Origin: an uncultured Nitrososphaerales archaeon
GTDB lineage: Archaea; Thermoproteota; Nitrososphaeria; Nitrososphaerales; Nitrososphaeraceae
DNA: 64,000 bases
Reading direction: 5' to 3'
Assembly: GCA_963695855.1 (NCBI GenBank)
Contig: CAVOHZ010000008.1
Location: 384,001 to 448,000 of the forward strand
Of the stretch, positions 32,169-48,035 are shown one piece after another. A program made the translations under genes and the position numbers. A model generated the notes under the pieces. That model ran no database searches. It was not told where the DNA came from and was given only the letters and a program-made list of their open reading frames with translations. The first letter of the stretch is position 1, and each line of letters begins with the position of its first letter.

Positions 32169-33614
32169 CTATTGATTCAATATAATGGCGAAATTTCCTT
32201 TTGAGAATAAGATTGTAAAGGATTGATTAATATCCATAATCTCATCATGATTACCAATGTAAATACCTTTTTTCATCCACATGTGGTTTTTAAAATCAAA
32301 AGTCCTGTTGTCTTTTAATAAAATTTTCATCCAGCCAGTCAAGTAAACATTCCCATATATTTTGGCGTCTGGATGTGTGTTTTTATTTATCCATTCCGTT
32401 GTGACTATCAAGTCTTTGTTGTCTTTTATATCAATCGAATTAAATTGCATTGAGGGAGGTATAAAGAAGTCAGTATGCTCTCTGAATATGCCATATATGG
32501 GAAGTGGTTGGTCATAAGGTAGTATCATATATCCTAATCCTATTATCACAAAGAATGAAAGCACAATACCAAAAATCAAATTATTTCTATTTATATGTCT
32601 ATATTGATATACTAAATAGTTCATACCGGCAAAAGAAAAGATCGAAATAAAAATACCAGAAAGTATAATCCATCTATCCGGAAGTAATAGGTTGGTATTA
32701 GGTAAAACAATCCAACTAAAAGATCCGATCAGTACCAATATTGTGGGAATATATAGGATATTTGTTTTAAGATATCTTAATCCGAACATAAAGGTTGGAA
32801 GAATTAATATGTTAACCTTTAAAAATAACAATAGCATATTAATTTGACTGTACCTCTGGTCAATTGTAATATTACCTTCAAGTAATTTAATAATATTACT
32901 TACTATTGGATAATTATCGATTGTATTAATAGTAGAGAATGTAATTAATATTATTATTCCAGTTGCTATTAGCGAGTATAAGTATTTCCAGTTTCTCTTT
33001 ATCGCAAAATATAATATTAAAGAGAGAAAAGCCAGGAAAGATAACATTATATCAACAAAAAAAATAAGGGTTAATAAAGAAAAAATTAAAAATATTTGAA
33101 ACTTTCTATATCCTTTTTTACCATCAACTATATAAAATATAACAAAAAATAAGATTAAACCAAGTACGTCCTTATGTAAATCCCATCCTGTTCTCAATAC
33201 TGATATTTGGAATATAATAAATAAAGTCATACAAAGTCCTTTAGTTTGGGAAAGTTGATATTTTTGAGACCATAAGTAAATAACTATAGAGAAAATACCA
33301 TAACATATAACCGATAAAAGAATAACAGAATTATGGGGGTTTAAACCGAAAGTAGTATGAATAAAGTGGAGTAGAATTGGATAAATTTGCAATTTTTGGA
33401 TATACAAATTATTTTCAATGTCATAAATCGAAGGAATATAGTAATTTATTGTATCATATCCTATAGGAAAAGGATATGAAATGAATTCAGGGACAATTCT
33501 AGTTACAACTCCAATAAAAAATATGTAAAAAATAATCTGGTCTCTCTTTATGATTTGGAGAAAATTAATAGAATTCACTTGAATGATTATAATAATATTT
33601 TTCGCTATACGCAA
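32169..33614 (-). CDS. Multi-pass membrane protein, GT-C glycosyltransferase-like
   Basis: About 10-12 TM segments, early PIGYDT loop motif and a soluble C-terminal domain. Confidence 0.65.
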   Translation of the reverse strand: MRIAKNIIIIIQVNSINFLQIIKRDQIIFYIFFIGVVTRIVPEFISYPFPIGYDTINYYIPSIYDIENNLYIQKLQIYPILLHFIHTTFGLNPHNSVILLSVICYGIFSIVIYLWSQKYQLSQTKGLCMTLFIIFQISVLRTGWDLHKDVLGLILFFVIFYIVDGKKGYRKFQIFLIFSLLTLIFFVDIMLSFLAFLSLILYFAIKRNWKYLYSLIATGIIILITFSTINTIDNYPIVSNIIKLLEGNITIDQRYSQINMLLLFLKVNILILPTFMFGLRYLKTNILYIPTILVLIGSFSWIVLPNTNLLLPDRWIILSGIFISIFSFAGMNYLVYQYRHINRNNLIFGIVLSFFVIIGLGYMILPYDQPLPIYGIFREHTDFFIPPSMQFNSIDIKDNKDLIVTTEWINKNTHPDAKIYGNVYLTGWMKILLKDNRTFDFKNHMWMKKGIYIGNHDEIMDINQSFTILFSKGNFAIILNQ

Positions 33615-33616
33615 TT

Positions 33617-34952
33617 TTATAATATTCTAGATTCAACAATTGATCTGGTAGCATCAACTAAATTTGTTGCATCAGTTTTATTATGTACGTATGATATCGC
33701 TCCCATTTTATTAGGTAAAAAGAATATTTTGTATTTTGCCATTAAGGCAAAATGAAAATTTTCAAGCATCTCTCTATTACATAAAGCAACATCACTGGCG
33801 TTTCTTATCTTTATATCCTTGTCACCCAAAAAATGTATATGAAATAATGATCCCATTCCAGTAACAATCGCTTTTACCTTATTCTCATAGAAAACCTTCT
33901 GAATTTCAGTTCGTATATAATTGCCTAACTCATTTATTTTTCTATAAACATTTATTTCATTTCTCTTTAGAAATTTTAATGTCTGTAAACCTGAAACCAT
34001 GGTAACAGGATTTGAAGAAAAGGTTCCTCCCCCAATTGAACAATAAGGTTCTCTATTCAATTTCCTTGTAGGGCTAGCCATTGATAAGATTTCACTTTCA
34101 CCACAAACTATTCCAATAGGCATACCTCCTCCAGCTATTTTTCCTAATGTGAACAAATTTGGTTCCAATTTAAACATCTTATAGGCTCCATGGATTGATA
34201 CTCTGAAGCCAGTAACAATTTCATCTAATATGAAAATAATATCATTCTTCTTAGCGAATTCCTGCAGGCCTAGCAAATAGTCATGTTCTGGCATTATACA
34301 TCCAGCTCCTGCAAGAATTGGTTCCACGATAATACAAGCTGAGATCATTCTTTAGAGGAGTTAAAATTTTTAAGGAATTTTCAAGATCATTAAATGGTAT
34401 CGATTTGATGTATTTTTCTTCAGGATTAAATCCAATTCCTTCTTTTGAGCCAAATGGATAATTTACACTTTTTAAAAGAGTTGAATTAAAACCATGCCAT
34501 CCACCAATAATTTTTGCTACAAATTTCTTCATAGTCTTTGCACGAGCCAACCGGACAGCATACATTGTAGCCTCAGAGCCAGTTGAAGCAAATCTCATCT
34601 TTTCTGCTCTTGGCATTAATTTTTGAATCATTTCAGCTAATTCAACACTTACATTATTTACGGTTCCAAATAACGTTCCATTCTTCACTTGATTTATCAC
34701 TGACCTTGAGACGGCATCATGTGAATGCCCCAATATTAACGCCCAATGGCCCATCCAATAATCTACATAGATATTATTGTCTACATCTGTGAGAATTTTT
34801 CCCTTAGCTTTTTTTACAAAAAAAGGATAGGGAGCGAAAAACCTAATATTATGACTAATTCCCCCAGGAAAAATTTTATCAGATTTTTTATAAAGATAAT
34901 CTGACTTTATAGTATTTCTTTGATATATTCGCTGATATTCAGGTAATTGCAT
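33617..34952 (-). pseudogene. Class III PLP aminotransferase (glutamate-1-semialdehyde aminomutase-like), split by a 1-nt frameshift near 34340-34345
   Basis: PGGISHNIR, DYWMGH and STGSEA in the 5' ORF; VEPI, DEIVTGFR, TLGKIAGGGMPIG and GTFSSNP in the 3' ORF. Could be a sequencing error. Confidence 0.8.
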
Positions 34953-35054
34953 TATTGAGATGATGAAAAGAAATAAAGAACTAATTTATATGTTATCGGA
35001 AAAAATCCTTAAATTTTTTTAAAATCCATACAAAAAAATATCAAATTTATAGAC

Positions 35055-35070
35055 CGAAGATTTATATGAT
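35055..35070 (+). promoter_or_regulatory. Putative BRE/TATA promoter of the rRNA operon
   Basis: CCGAAGA-TTTATATG about 210 nt upstream of the 16S gene. Confidence 0.45.
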
Positions 35071-35231
35071 ATAGTGGAAGATGGAATTTAGAACGCAAGG
35101 CTTAGGCGGCATCAATAATGATGTTGGTCATGGACCAAAAAGTGACTTATTGATCTCCATTTGCGCTCATATTATGAGGATTTAATAAATCTGATTAAAT
35201 CTGATATGGTTACAAACCTGCACAATTCATA

Positions 35232-36763
<1,532 letters not shown>

Positions 36764-36850
36764 CTGTGTAAAGGGTTTGTAACCAACTAAATGCAATTCC
36801 CAAGAACAATCTTAGGAATGAAGGATGTAGTAAACGTGAGTTTACAATGA

Positions 36851-40028
<3,178 letters not shown>

Positions 40029-40060
40029 ATTTTTTTTCTTTAATTTTTTAAATCGATCTC

Positions 40061-41014
40061 TTAATTCCAGAATTTAGAAAGTATCCTATAGATGGTCTGC
40101 GTTGCCAATGTTCCTTCTCTATAATCACCATTTTTCATTGCAACTTCTACAATATCCAAGCCTATCAATTTTGAGGACTTGTTTATCGAATTTATTATTT
40201 CCAATATCTGGAATGGATTCAAACCAAATGGTTCAGGTGTTCCGGTACAAGGTACATAGCATATGTCATATACATCGATATCAAATGAAATGTAGATCTT
40301 TTTCCTTTTGGTAATTTTTTCGATTTTTTTTTGAATAGATTTCAAATCGTTATGAATTTGCCACGCATCAAAGGTTATAACCCCGTTCCTTTTAGCTATG
40401 TCATTTTCTTCTTTATCTGTTTGTCTTATTCCAATCTGAATCAAATTCGATCCTTTAATAAAGCCGTCATTAATTAGATGGTAAAATGGAGTCGTATGAC
40501 AAAGTTTAATGCCTTCGTAACTCGGTTTCATGTCTCTGTGGGCGTCAAAATGTAATATGATAGGATCTTCATTTGCTATGGATTTGACGCTAAAATAAGA
40601 AATGGTATGTTCTCCACCTAATATAATGGGAATTTTATTCTCTTTTCTAATACATGAATTTATTTTGTGAATGTCTGAAGAAATCTTCTTAAATACGTCT
40701 TCTATCTCTTTCTTTTTTGTTTTTCTATTAGGTAAAATCAAATCGCCTATATCAAAAATTTTTATTTTTTCATAAATTTCTGTATTCTTCTCAAAAATGA
40801 ATGATTCGATTTGTTTAGCAGATGTTCTTCGAATTGAATGGGGGCCAAATCTGGTTCCCTTCCCGAAACTGGTTGTTATATCTAACGGAATTCCATATAG
40901 TATTGCGTTTGCATCATGAAAAGAAATTATGATTGGTGCATCCATAAAACTGTATTCTGCAGAGGTCTGTTCCGGCGGGATAAATAAATTCTCCAGGGAG
41001 TCTAGCATATTCAA
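40061..41014 (-). CDS. Agmatinase/ureohydrolase family protein
   Basis: GKGTRFGP, GGEHT, HFDAHRD, SFDIDVYD, GTPEPFG and DIVEV motifs. Confidence 0.9.
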   Translation of the reverse strand: MNMLDSLENLFIPPEQTSAEYSFMDAPIIISFHDANAILYGIPLDITTSFGKGTRFGPHSIRRTSAKQIESFIFEKNTEIYEKIKIFDIGDLILPNRKTKKKEIEDVFKKISSDIHKINSCIRKENKIPIILGGEHTISYFSVKSIANEDPIILHFDAHRDMKPSYEGIKLCHTTPFYHLINDGFIKGSNLIQIGIRQTDKEENDIAKRNGVITFDAWQIHNDLKSIQKKIEKITKRKKIYISFDIDVYDICYVPCTGTPEPFGLNPFQILEIINSINKSSKLIGLDIVEVAMKNGDYREGTLATQTIYRILSKFWN

Positions 41015-41041
41015 TTAATATGAAATCTAATTATTTTTTTC

Positions 41042-43834
41042 TTACCAAAAGAGTTCATCCAAATTTGCTTGTCTGTCTTTACCTAATATGGATTTAAAAT
41101 TGAATTTTAAAGAAGCTAATATTTGATCGAACGTTGATTCCATAGCTTCAAGATATTTTTCGACATCAATTTCATTAAAATTGTTAACCAATTCTATAGG
41201 TTTAACACCATCACTAGTTTTCGTTTTGACATATGAAATTATATCTCCGGCTCTTACCTCTTTACCCGACTGATGTAATAACATTGCTGCTTTGATGTGT
41301 TGAGGTAATCCTTTATATGTTATATAGTCTATGTTTTTGCCATCAATTGACCTAACTTTAGAATTATTTGTTTTTTCCCCGTATCTATCAGGGGATTTAT
41401 TTACCATTACATTAAAACTTAAATCTCGAGGATTTATATTTCCAGTTTCAAGATTAGTTGCGTACTCTTTAATTATTTTTTTAATCTTTTCCTTGGCATT
41501 TTCAAACTCATTTTCGGAACGTACCTCTCTCAAAATATCTAATATTTTGTGGAATGCTTTGCGTATAAACGGAGGTGTATGCGATTTTTTTCCAGTTAGA
41601 CCCTTAACATCAACTGTACCATCGTGTAATACTCCAAGATAGTTCTTCTTCAAGTCACTAAAAACTACATATCTATAGGTTTTATCTATTTCTAGATCTA
41701 TCCCTAGATTTGTTTTAGCCCATGTTGAGATCTTCTCTACATTTATTGATGAAGGATTTTTTAAAAATAATGAATCTGTATCCCCATATATGACTTCTAT
41801 TCCTATATTCTTGCACTTTTCAATTGTTTTTGTTGTCGTATCTCTCCCAATTGCAGCGGTTGCATCAGCTACTGGCAAACAATATAATGGAAATATTTCT
41901 GCACCCATTACTCCGTAACTCGCATTGAGGATGACCTTGATAGCTTGACTTATAACTTCATACGTTTGACGTTCTTCCGTTTCTATCGATTTATTCTTTG
42001 AAAGAAGTTTATAATAATTAACCCTTAGATCTCTCAGTGATCCAATCAGAAGCGACGTGAGTCCTCTCTTTCTTTTACAAATCCAATGGCTAGTTTCCGT
42101 AATCTGTTGTTTTGGATCATTTTTGCATGATGGGTGTGAACAATTTACAGTTTCGTATGATAAATTATGAACTTTGATTATACTAGGATACAATGAAGCA
42201 AAATCTACAACGACTACATTAAAGTGGATTCCTAATTTTGGTTCGACCACCAGACCTCCCCTATATTTTTTTTCTTTTATTATGGCAGTAGTTGAAGAAG
42301 AGCCTTTCGATATTAATTCGTCTCGTCTTGGTATCAATGCATTTTTTTGCCTGTGTTCATAATATAACATCCCTCTTATCCATTGATTTACACCAAATCT
42401 AGAAACGTCATCTACCGGAAGATGTCCTATCCTTGAAATAATCATAAGTAATTTTATTAGAAGATTCTCATTAAAAGTAGTCAATCTTAAAGTTAGATCT
42501 GCATCTTTCAAACAATATTCAGCTAACTTATCTACAGGCAAGCGGGTTATATCTACATCAATTTCTAATTTATGGTCATTTAATAATGCCTCCGATATTG
42601 CATTTAGAGTGAATTCGGAATATTTGTGATTAAATGCATAAATTTGAATAGATCGATTTTGAAATGTTCGAAATAAATCCAGATGTATTCCGTGTTTAAT
42701 TTGTACTGGTTCTGCTTGCATTCCTCTTTTTATGAAAGATTCCTTTTTTAATATTATTGGAATTTCATTCTTCTCTATTCCTTTTTTTTTATCTCGATCT
42801 ATTCGCGAATCTTGTGATCTTGTGTATAAATATGGTAGATCAAAATCATCTCCATTAAAAGTAAGAATTATGGGATATGATTTAAGAACTTTGAAAGCTG
42901 CAGAAATCAAATCCTTCTCATTTTCAAAAATCTCAGCTTCTGGGATCATTTTTTTCTTGTCATTTTTAGATCCATTTTGGTAGTCATAATTAAGAACATA
43001 TACTTTTTTAAATCCGTCATTTCCAACCATTCCAATAGCAATAATTTTTTTATCATGATCCCTTGGATTTGGAATCCTTCCCTCTTCAGCTTCTACCTCT
43101 ATATCTATTGCAATTCTTTTCAATTCGGGAATTGGTTGATTTAAGAGGTTTATCCATTGCGAAATATACTTGTTATATTCATCTGTGTTGTTTTCTAAGT
43201 CGCCAGCTTTGTCCCATAATAATCCATACAATTTTCCTTCTGTTTGTTTAGTCAACTCGTATTTATATTCAAGAATTTGGTTGCCTACTCTGTAATAATA
43301 TGTACCTGGGATAAGAGAATTATCATATAAATAGTTCTCATGATACTTAATATCTGCTTCCCATGACGTTATTTTTTCTCTTACACTTTCATCAGTACCC
43401 CCTATTGATAAAGGGTCTGGTGCAAGAATTTTTACTACATCTATTTCTTTATCTGCTATTAAATCAATTTTTTTATCATATCGTAATTCGTATTTCGGTT
43501 CCTTTTTCGCAATTTCTTTTGCTTTTTCTCTGAACTGAGACTTGGTGTAACAATACGGCTTATGGTTAGTTTGATCCTTCCAGAAATATATTACCTCTAA
43601 CTCAGGATCATAAAATTTTAATAAAACTTTGTGTTCTTCACCAGAATAAATTGAAGAGAGTAAAATTACTTTTTTATTTTCAGGTAAATCCAACGTATTA
43701 TCAAACGTTTTTTTTCCCAATATCTTAGAATATTCTGGATTCAATATTGATTTGAATAAAATATAATTATCAAATTTTAATCTTTTCCGTATTCTTTTTT
43801 TAGCTATGAAATGAATATGAACGTTTAAAAACAA
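41042..43834 (-). CDS. polB: Family B DNA polymerase (PolB1 type); true start probably somewhat downstream
   Basis: Exonuclease motifs DIEV and FNGDDFD; polymerase motifs DFASLYPS, KVILNASYG, YGDTDS and KKNY. Confidence 0.97.
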   Translation of the reverse strand: MFLNVHIHFIAKKRIRKRLKFDNYILFKSILNPEYSKILGKKTFDNTLDLPENKKVILLSSIYSGEEHKVLLKFYDPELEVIYFWKDQTNHKPYCYTKSQFREKAKEIAKKEPKYELRYDKKIDLIADKEIDVVKILAPDPLSIGGTDESVREKITSWEADIKYHENYLYDNSLIPGTYYYRVGNQILEYKYELTKQTEGKLYGLLWDKAGDLENNTDEYNKYISQWINLLNQPIPELKRIAIDIEVEAEEGRIPNPRDHDKKIIAIGMVGNDGFKKVYVLNYDYQNGSKNDKKKMIPEAEIFENEKDLISAAFKVLKSYPIILTFNGDDFDLPYLYTRSQDSRIDRDKKKGIEKNEIPIILKKESFIKRGMQAEPVQIKHGIHLDLFRTFQNRSIQIYAFNHKYSEFTLNAISEALLNDHKLEIDVDITRLPVDKLAEYCLKDADLTLRLTTFNENLLIKLLMIISRIGHLPVDDVSRFGVNQWIRGMLYYEHRQKNALIPRRDELISKGSSSTTAIIKEKKYRGGLVVEPKLGIHFNVVVVDFASLYPSIIKVHNLSYETVNCSHPSCKNDPKQQITETSHWICKRKRGLTSLLIGSLRDLRVNYYKLLSKNKSIETEERQTYEVISQAIKVILNASYGVMGAEIFPLYCLPVADATAAIGRDTTTKTIEKCKNIGIEVIYGDTDSLFLKNPSSINVEKISTWAKTNLGIDLEIDKTYRYVVFSDLKKNYLGVLHDGTVDVKGLTGKKSHTPPFIRKAFHKILDILREVRSENEFENAKEKIKKIIKEYATNLETGNINPRDLSFNVMVNKSPDRYGEKTNNSKVRSIDGKNIDYITYKGLPQHIKAAMLLHQSGKEVRAGDIISYVKTKTSDGVKPIELVNNFNEIDVEKYLEAMESTFDQILASLKFNFKSILGKDRQANLDELFW

Positions 43835-44074
43835 CAGTCATGCAAGAAACTTCATATTTGTATTTTTCATCCATCAATAATAAGGACTAAAATTATGATT
43901 TGTGTATAGAATAAATGCAATATATTTGTAAATTAAACAAAGTATCCGATATGTATTGTTAATATTGTTATTATATTTTATTTATCCAATTAAAGGGATT
44001 TACTGATTATCCTTTGATTAAATTCTATGCTTTCAATTTAATCCAAGAAATTCATAACATACACTCATTTGAAA

Positions 44075-44893
44075 TTACTTCTTTCTAGACGTTATTCTTA
44101 CAATAAATACTCCTGAAATATATAATAATATCATTGGGCCTGAAATAAACCACATAGTAACTCCACTACCATCAGGTGTGATTATGGCACCAAAAATAAC
44201 TAAAATTATTACTGAATATCTGAAATTTCTTTTCCAAAAATCATATTCTATTATACCAGTTAATGAAATAATATACATAATTACGGGAAGTTCAAAAGTT
44301 ACACCAAATCCAAGAAGAAATTGAAGCACAAATGAAATAAAATCATTTATGTTGAGAAAAGTTTCTACACCAATAGATTCTCCGTATTTATACAAAAAAT
44401 CAAGGGTGAACGGAATTACAACTAAAAATGAAAAAACGATTCCTGAAATAAATAAACCAATAGTGGGAATCAGTATTTTTAATAACTTTATTTTCTTTTT
44501 TGCCTTCTCTTCAATTGCAGGACTTAAGAATTCATAAGCCTCCTTTATTATTAGTGGAACCGAAAATATTATTCCTATTAATGCCGCGACATAAATTTGG
44601 GCTACAAATGCTTGTCCTGGTGCTGTTTGAATAAGGTCTACTTCAGCTGGAAGCAACATATCTTTCATAAATGTAGTAATTTGTATGGCTAAGTTGTTAA
44701 ACGGGTCAGGATAAATGAATGGAAATTTAATAATATTGTCCAATCCGTTTGGGGAATTATTCAAATTAAATGAATAATATTGTATTCCAAATGTTACACA
44801 AAAAATGATAACTATAATGATAGAAATAGAAACTCTTAATATTCTAGACCTCAATTCATAAAAATGTTCTTTAACAGACATTCCTGAAGACAA
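44075..44893 (-). CDS. tatC: Twin-arginine translocase subunit TatC
   Basis: EHFYELRSR, FLSPA, GVTFELP and AIITPD motifs; six TM segments. Confidence 0.95.
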   Translation of the reverse strand: MSSGMSVKEHFYELRSRILRVSISIIIVIIFCVTFGIQYYSFNLNNSPNGLDNIIKFPFIYPDPFNNLAIQITTFMKDMLLPAEVDLIQTAPGQAFVAQIYVAALIGIIFSVPLIIKEAYEFLSPAIEEKAKKKIKLLKILIPTIGLFISGIVFSFLVVIPFTLDFLYKYGESIGVETFLNINDFISFVLQFLLGFGVTFELPVIMYIISLTGIIEYDFWKRNFRYSVIILVIFGAIITPDGSGVTMWFISGPMILLYISGVFIVRITSRKK

Positions 44894-45364
44894 TTCTATT
44901 GCTGTTTGTATTTTATAATCATGATATATAATTGGTGGTCTTTACCATCAGAAAATCTTTTACATATTGTGTTATATTTATTTGCCTTCAAGCAGGACAT
45001 TTGACTATGTTATAAATTACCTAAATCACCAAATCTAGATAACTTTTTGTTTTTCTTTATTTTTTATTTTTAAACTTGCAAGGAACAAACTTTACACATT
45101 TTCTAGTTGTCCTGGTACAACAGCTTCGGGTCTTGCTTTAACCCCATGCATGTTCATATGAGCTACGTTAATCTTAGAGATCATCTTATCCGCAGTTTGA
45201 AAAGGTATAAATAAATAATCGCATCTAGGAAGGGCCTAATTTTTTAATTATTTAATTCTATAATATTGGTCACCTGGTCATAGGACAATTTTTTCAATGC
45301 AAATTGGCAAATCTTTTTCCCCTTGAAAATTATTTAATTTAATTATCAAATTTGAGAATTAGTT

Positions 45365-45730
45365 ATGACTAGAGTCAATAAATATACATTTTCTAAAACA
45401 TTTGATATAATGGCCATTCATGAATTCTTACTTCCAGATGAAAATATTAAATTTCAAAGCAAAACAGAGGTCAAGTATGCAGAAAAAAAATATAATTTCT
45501 TAATTACAGATATGAGAATAATTCTTTATGCAAAAAGGGGACGCTTTTTAAAATCAGATGATATTATAAGCGAACGTCTGGATAAATTACATGAAATAAA
45601 ATATTGTGAAAAAGGCTTAATATTCAGAACTGCCAAGATAACTATTCAATCCAATATAAATATGGATATTTTTGGTTCCTGTTCTGAACTAAAACAGCTA
45701 TTCAACAACTTACAGGTTATTGTATTTTAA
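45365..45730 (+). CDS. PH-like domain protein
   Basis: LLPDENI...LITDMRIILY...G pattern typical of bacterial PH-like domains. Confidence 0.6.
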   Translation: MTRVNKYTFSKTFDIMAIHEFLLPDENIKFQSKTEVKYAEKKYNFLITDMRIILYAKRGRFLKSDDIISERLDKLHEIKYCEKGLIFRTAKITIQSNINMDIFGSCSELKQLFNNLQVIVF

Positions 45731-46065
45731 CTGAATTTCAATATAATTTTATATTGTCACTAAGCAATGTTGGTTTGAAAAGGTTATTATTCATTTATCC
45801 GTTTTGTAAAACTCTATTAATCATTATATATTAATTTACGATTAATATTATTTTAACAGTTCAGCAATTTGAATGAATATGGTTAAACATAAATCCAAAA
45901 ATCACGTTATATTTAATGTATTTACTTAGCTACTAAAATTCTCGTCCTTTTTCCAACCCAAGCAAAAGAATACCAGGATCGATCCTTAATTGATTATTCG
46001 TTTTGTATACTTAAAAGGAATAACTTGAAACAATAAATAAATATACTCTTATATTCACCATTTTT

Positions 46066-46527
46066 ATGTTGCAACGTTTAAAATACTGTTTCCTACTCTT
46101 TATCGTCATATCCATAACAAGTTATTCCGTTGTGATAAATTACGAAAAAGTTTATTCTATTTCGGAAATAGATTCAACCATAGTATCCGAAACTAATGGA
46201 AAATCTCTGGATATTAAAATTTCACCATCAGTTAGTCCAATCAAATCACAAGATGAAATAAAATTTAAGATAACCTTTCTTCAACCAAATAGCGATAAAG
46301 TACAGGTTCACGTAGATTATGATTTCAACGTACTCCATGACGGTGATGAAATATTCTCTGCATCCAAGCAAACAGGACAACCTCTCTTACATACATCTGA
46401 GGGAACGGTTACTATACCGTATTCATTTCTGTCTTCTGGTTTGTACATGGTGAAAATTTCAGTGTTGGGCATAAACTTTGTTCCAATAAATCCTGAATCG
46501 GCAGACTTTACTTTTCAAGTTAATTAA
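46066..46527 (+). CDS. Exported beta-sandwich hypothetical protein
   Basis: Signal-peptide-like N-terminus, QVHVDYDF and LHTSEGTVTIPY motifs. Confidence 0.7.
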   Translation: MLQRLKYCFLLFIVISITSYSVVINYEKVYSISEIDSTIVSETNGKSLDIKISPSVSPIKSQDEIKFKITFLQPNSDKVQVHVDYDFNVLHDGDEIFSASKQTGQPLLHTSEGTVTIPYSFLSSGLYMVKISVLGINFVPINPESADFTFQVN

Positions 46528-46879
46528 TTGAAAAATTTTATCATAATAATTTCTATTTTTTATTGATTTAATTTGTTCAAAATGTCTTTATACAATAGTA
46601 AGTTAAAATTTGGAATTTGCTTAGACCTATGTGTAGAGAATTAGATGAACTAAAAATATGGAAGTCAACTTTTTATCTGTAAGTTATAACTAATAGACTG
46701 GTCATATAAAATATTATTAGAATCGAGTAAATTTCGTTTTTCTTTAAGAGCATTGCTCAGTAGTATTGTAGACATTCAGTATATTGATAAACATATTAGA
46801 GTTGTATTTGGTATTGATAAAATCCCTATATAATAATCGAATTGAACTAGAAAAATAGGAATCATAAGATACTCTATTT

Positions 46880-47236
46880 CTATTCATTTTTTGTAGTTGT
46901 TATCTCTTGGAATTTTTGTAGATGTGTTACCAGGTCTTTTAATACTTCTATTTTTCGTTTAGGATTGTTTGCAAAATTAATTACCTCTTTAATAAATTCA
47001 CCAATATCAATTACCTCTTCTCCAAGGACTTCAACACCCTTTACAGTTATTAAATATGATTTTAGTGGAACTCCATATTGAATCCCAGACAAAAAATATG
47101 TTTCATTTTGCCTTAAACGCGTACTGTATTTCTTGTATTCTGTTATTATTTTTTCGGCCTGAATTTGTATTTCTTTTTCAATTTCGTCTATTTTTAAATT
47201 TAAACTATTAATACAATCAAAAAAATCCGAGATCAC
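46880..47236 (-). CDS. Hypothetical protein
   Basis: 118-aa ORF with a normal globular composition. Confidence 0.7.
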   Translation of the reverse strand: MISDFFDCINSLNLKIDEIEKEIQIQAEKIITEYKKYSTRLRQNETYFLSGIQYGVPLKSYLITVKGVEVLGEEVIDIGEFIKEVINFANNPKRKIEVLKDLVTHLQKFQEITTTKNE

Positions 47237-47389
47237 AATTTTAGTTAGATATTTATCTTTTTAAGTATTTGGAATTTATGAAGTTGTGATTCTTACCGGT
47301 TCTTACGACATGAAAGTCTTTATTGGCTACTATACTAGTTCCATTTGTATTCAGACTAGGTTCAAAATTAACATACTCTATAGCAGTAA

Positions 47390-47960
47390 GGTTCTGACAG
47401 CCCTTCTGACAGGCTAGAAGTTGTAAGAATGTTTGCCGCCTGCAAGCCGAAAAAATAAAAATGAATGAAAAAGAAAAGTAACATGTCTGTTTGCAATTGA
47501 ATACAAACGTTGAGTCCTATTTCATCTATAAAAGAAAGAAAAATAGTAACAGCCTTTAATTAAAGACGAAACTGTTATTCAAATTGGCGGTCAACGATTT
47601 TGGCTATGGTTTTGTATAGAACCAGTTGAAAAGTCTGCACTTGAAATTAACATTTTAGAAGAGGAACATGTTTGTTGCTGAAAAAAATCATTAGATCTTT
47701 GGTACAAAGAGAAGCAAAACATTTGGTATATACAGATGCTGGTATATGGTATGATGAAGCATAAAACATAATTGGACTGAAACACCATTTGCATTGTGCT
47801 TGAGAAAAAACTAATGGCAAGTATCGATCGGTATTTCTTGGATGGAATGGAGAGTTTGATCACTATTATGCATGTGTGAAAAGGAGAAAGACAGGAGAAC
47901 CTTTAAATTTATTCATTTACGTAGCTGGATACAATTCGTTATTTCAGGGTATAATTACAC
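47390..47960 (+). mobile_element. Degraded IS6-family (DDE) transposase remnant
   Basis: Fragments DETVIQIGGQRFWLWFCIEPV, NMFVAE, IRSLV and VYTDAGIWYDEA* with stops and frameshifts. GGTTCTGACAG at 47390 resembles an IS6 terminal repeat; right end not found. Confidence 0.8.
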
Positions 47961-48035
47961 AATGAGAAATAATAATAATTTCGACTAAGGAGCTGAATAC
48001 TATCTTAAATTAAGAGTAAGAGCATTTTAGGCGAA

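Noticed and set aside
44920-45300. Possible gene relic upstream of tatC (minus-strand fragment INVAHMNMHGVKARPEAVVPG)
   Set aside because: Too short and fragmented to assign a family. No tatA could be recognised here.
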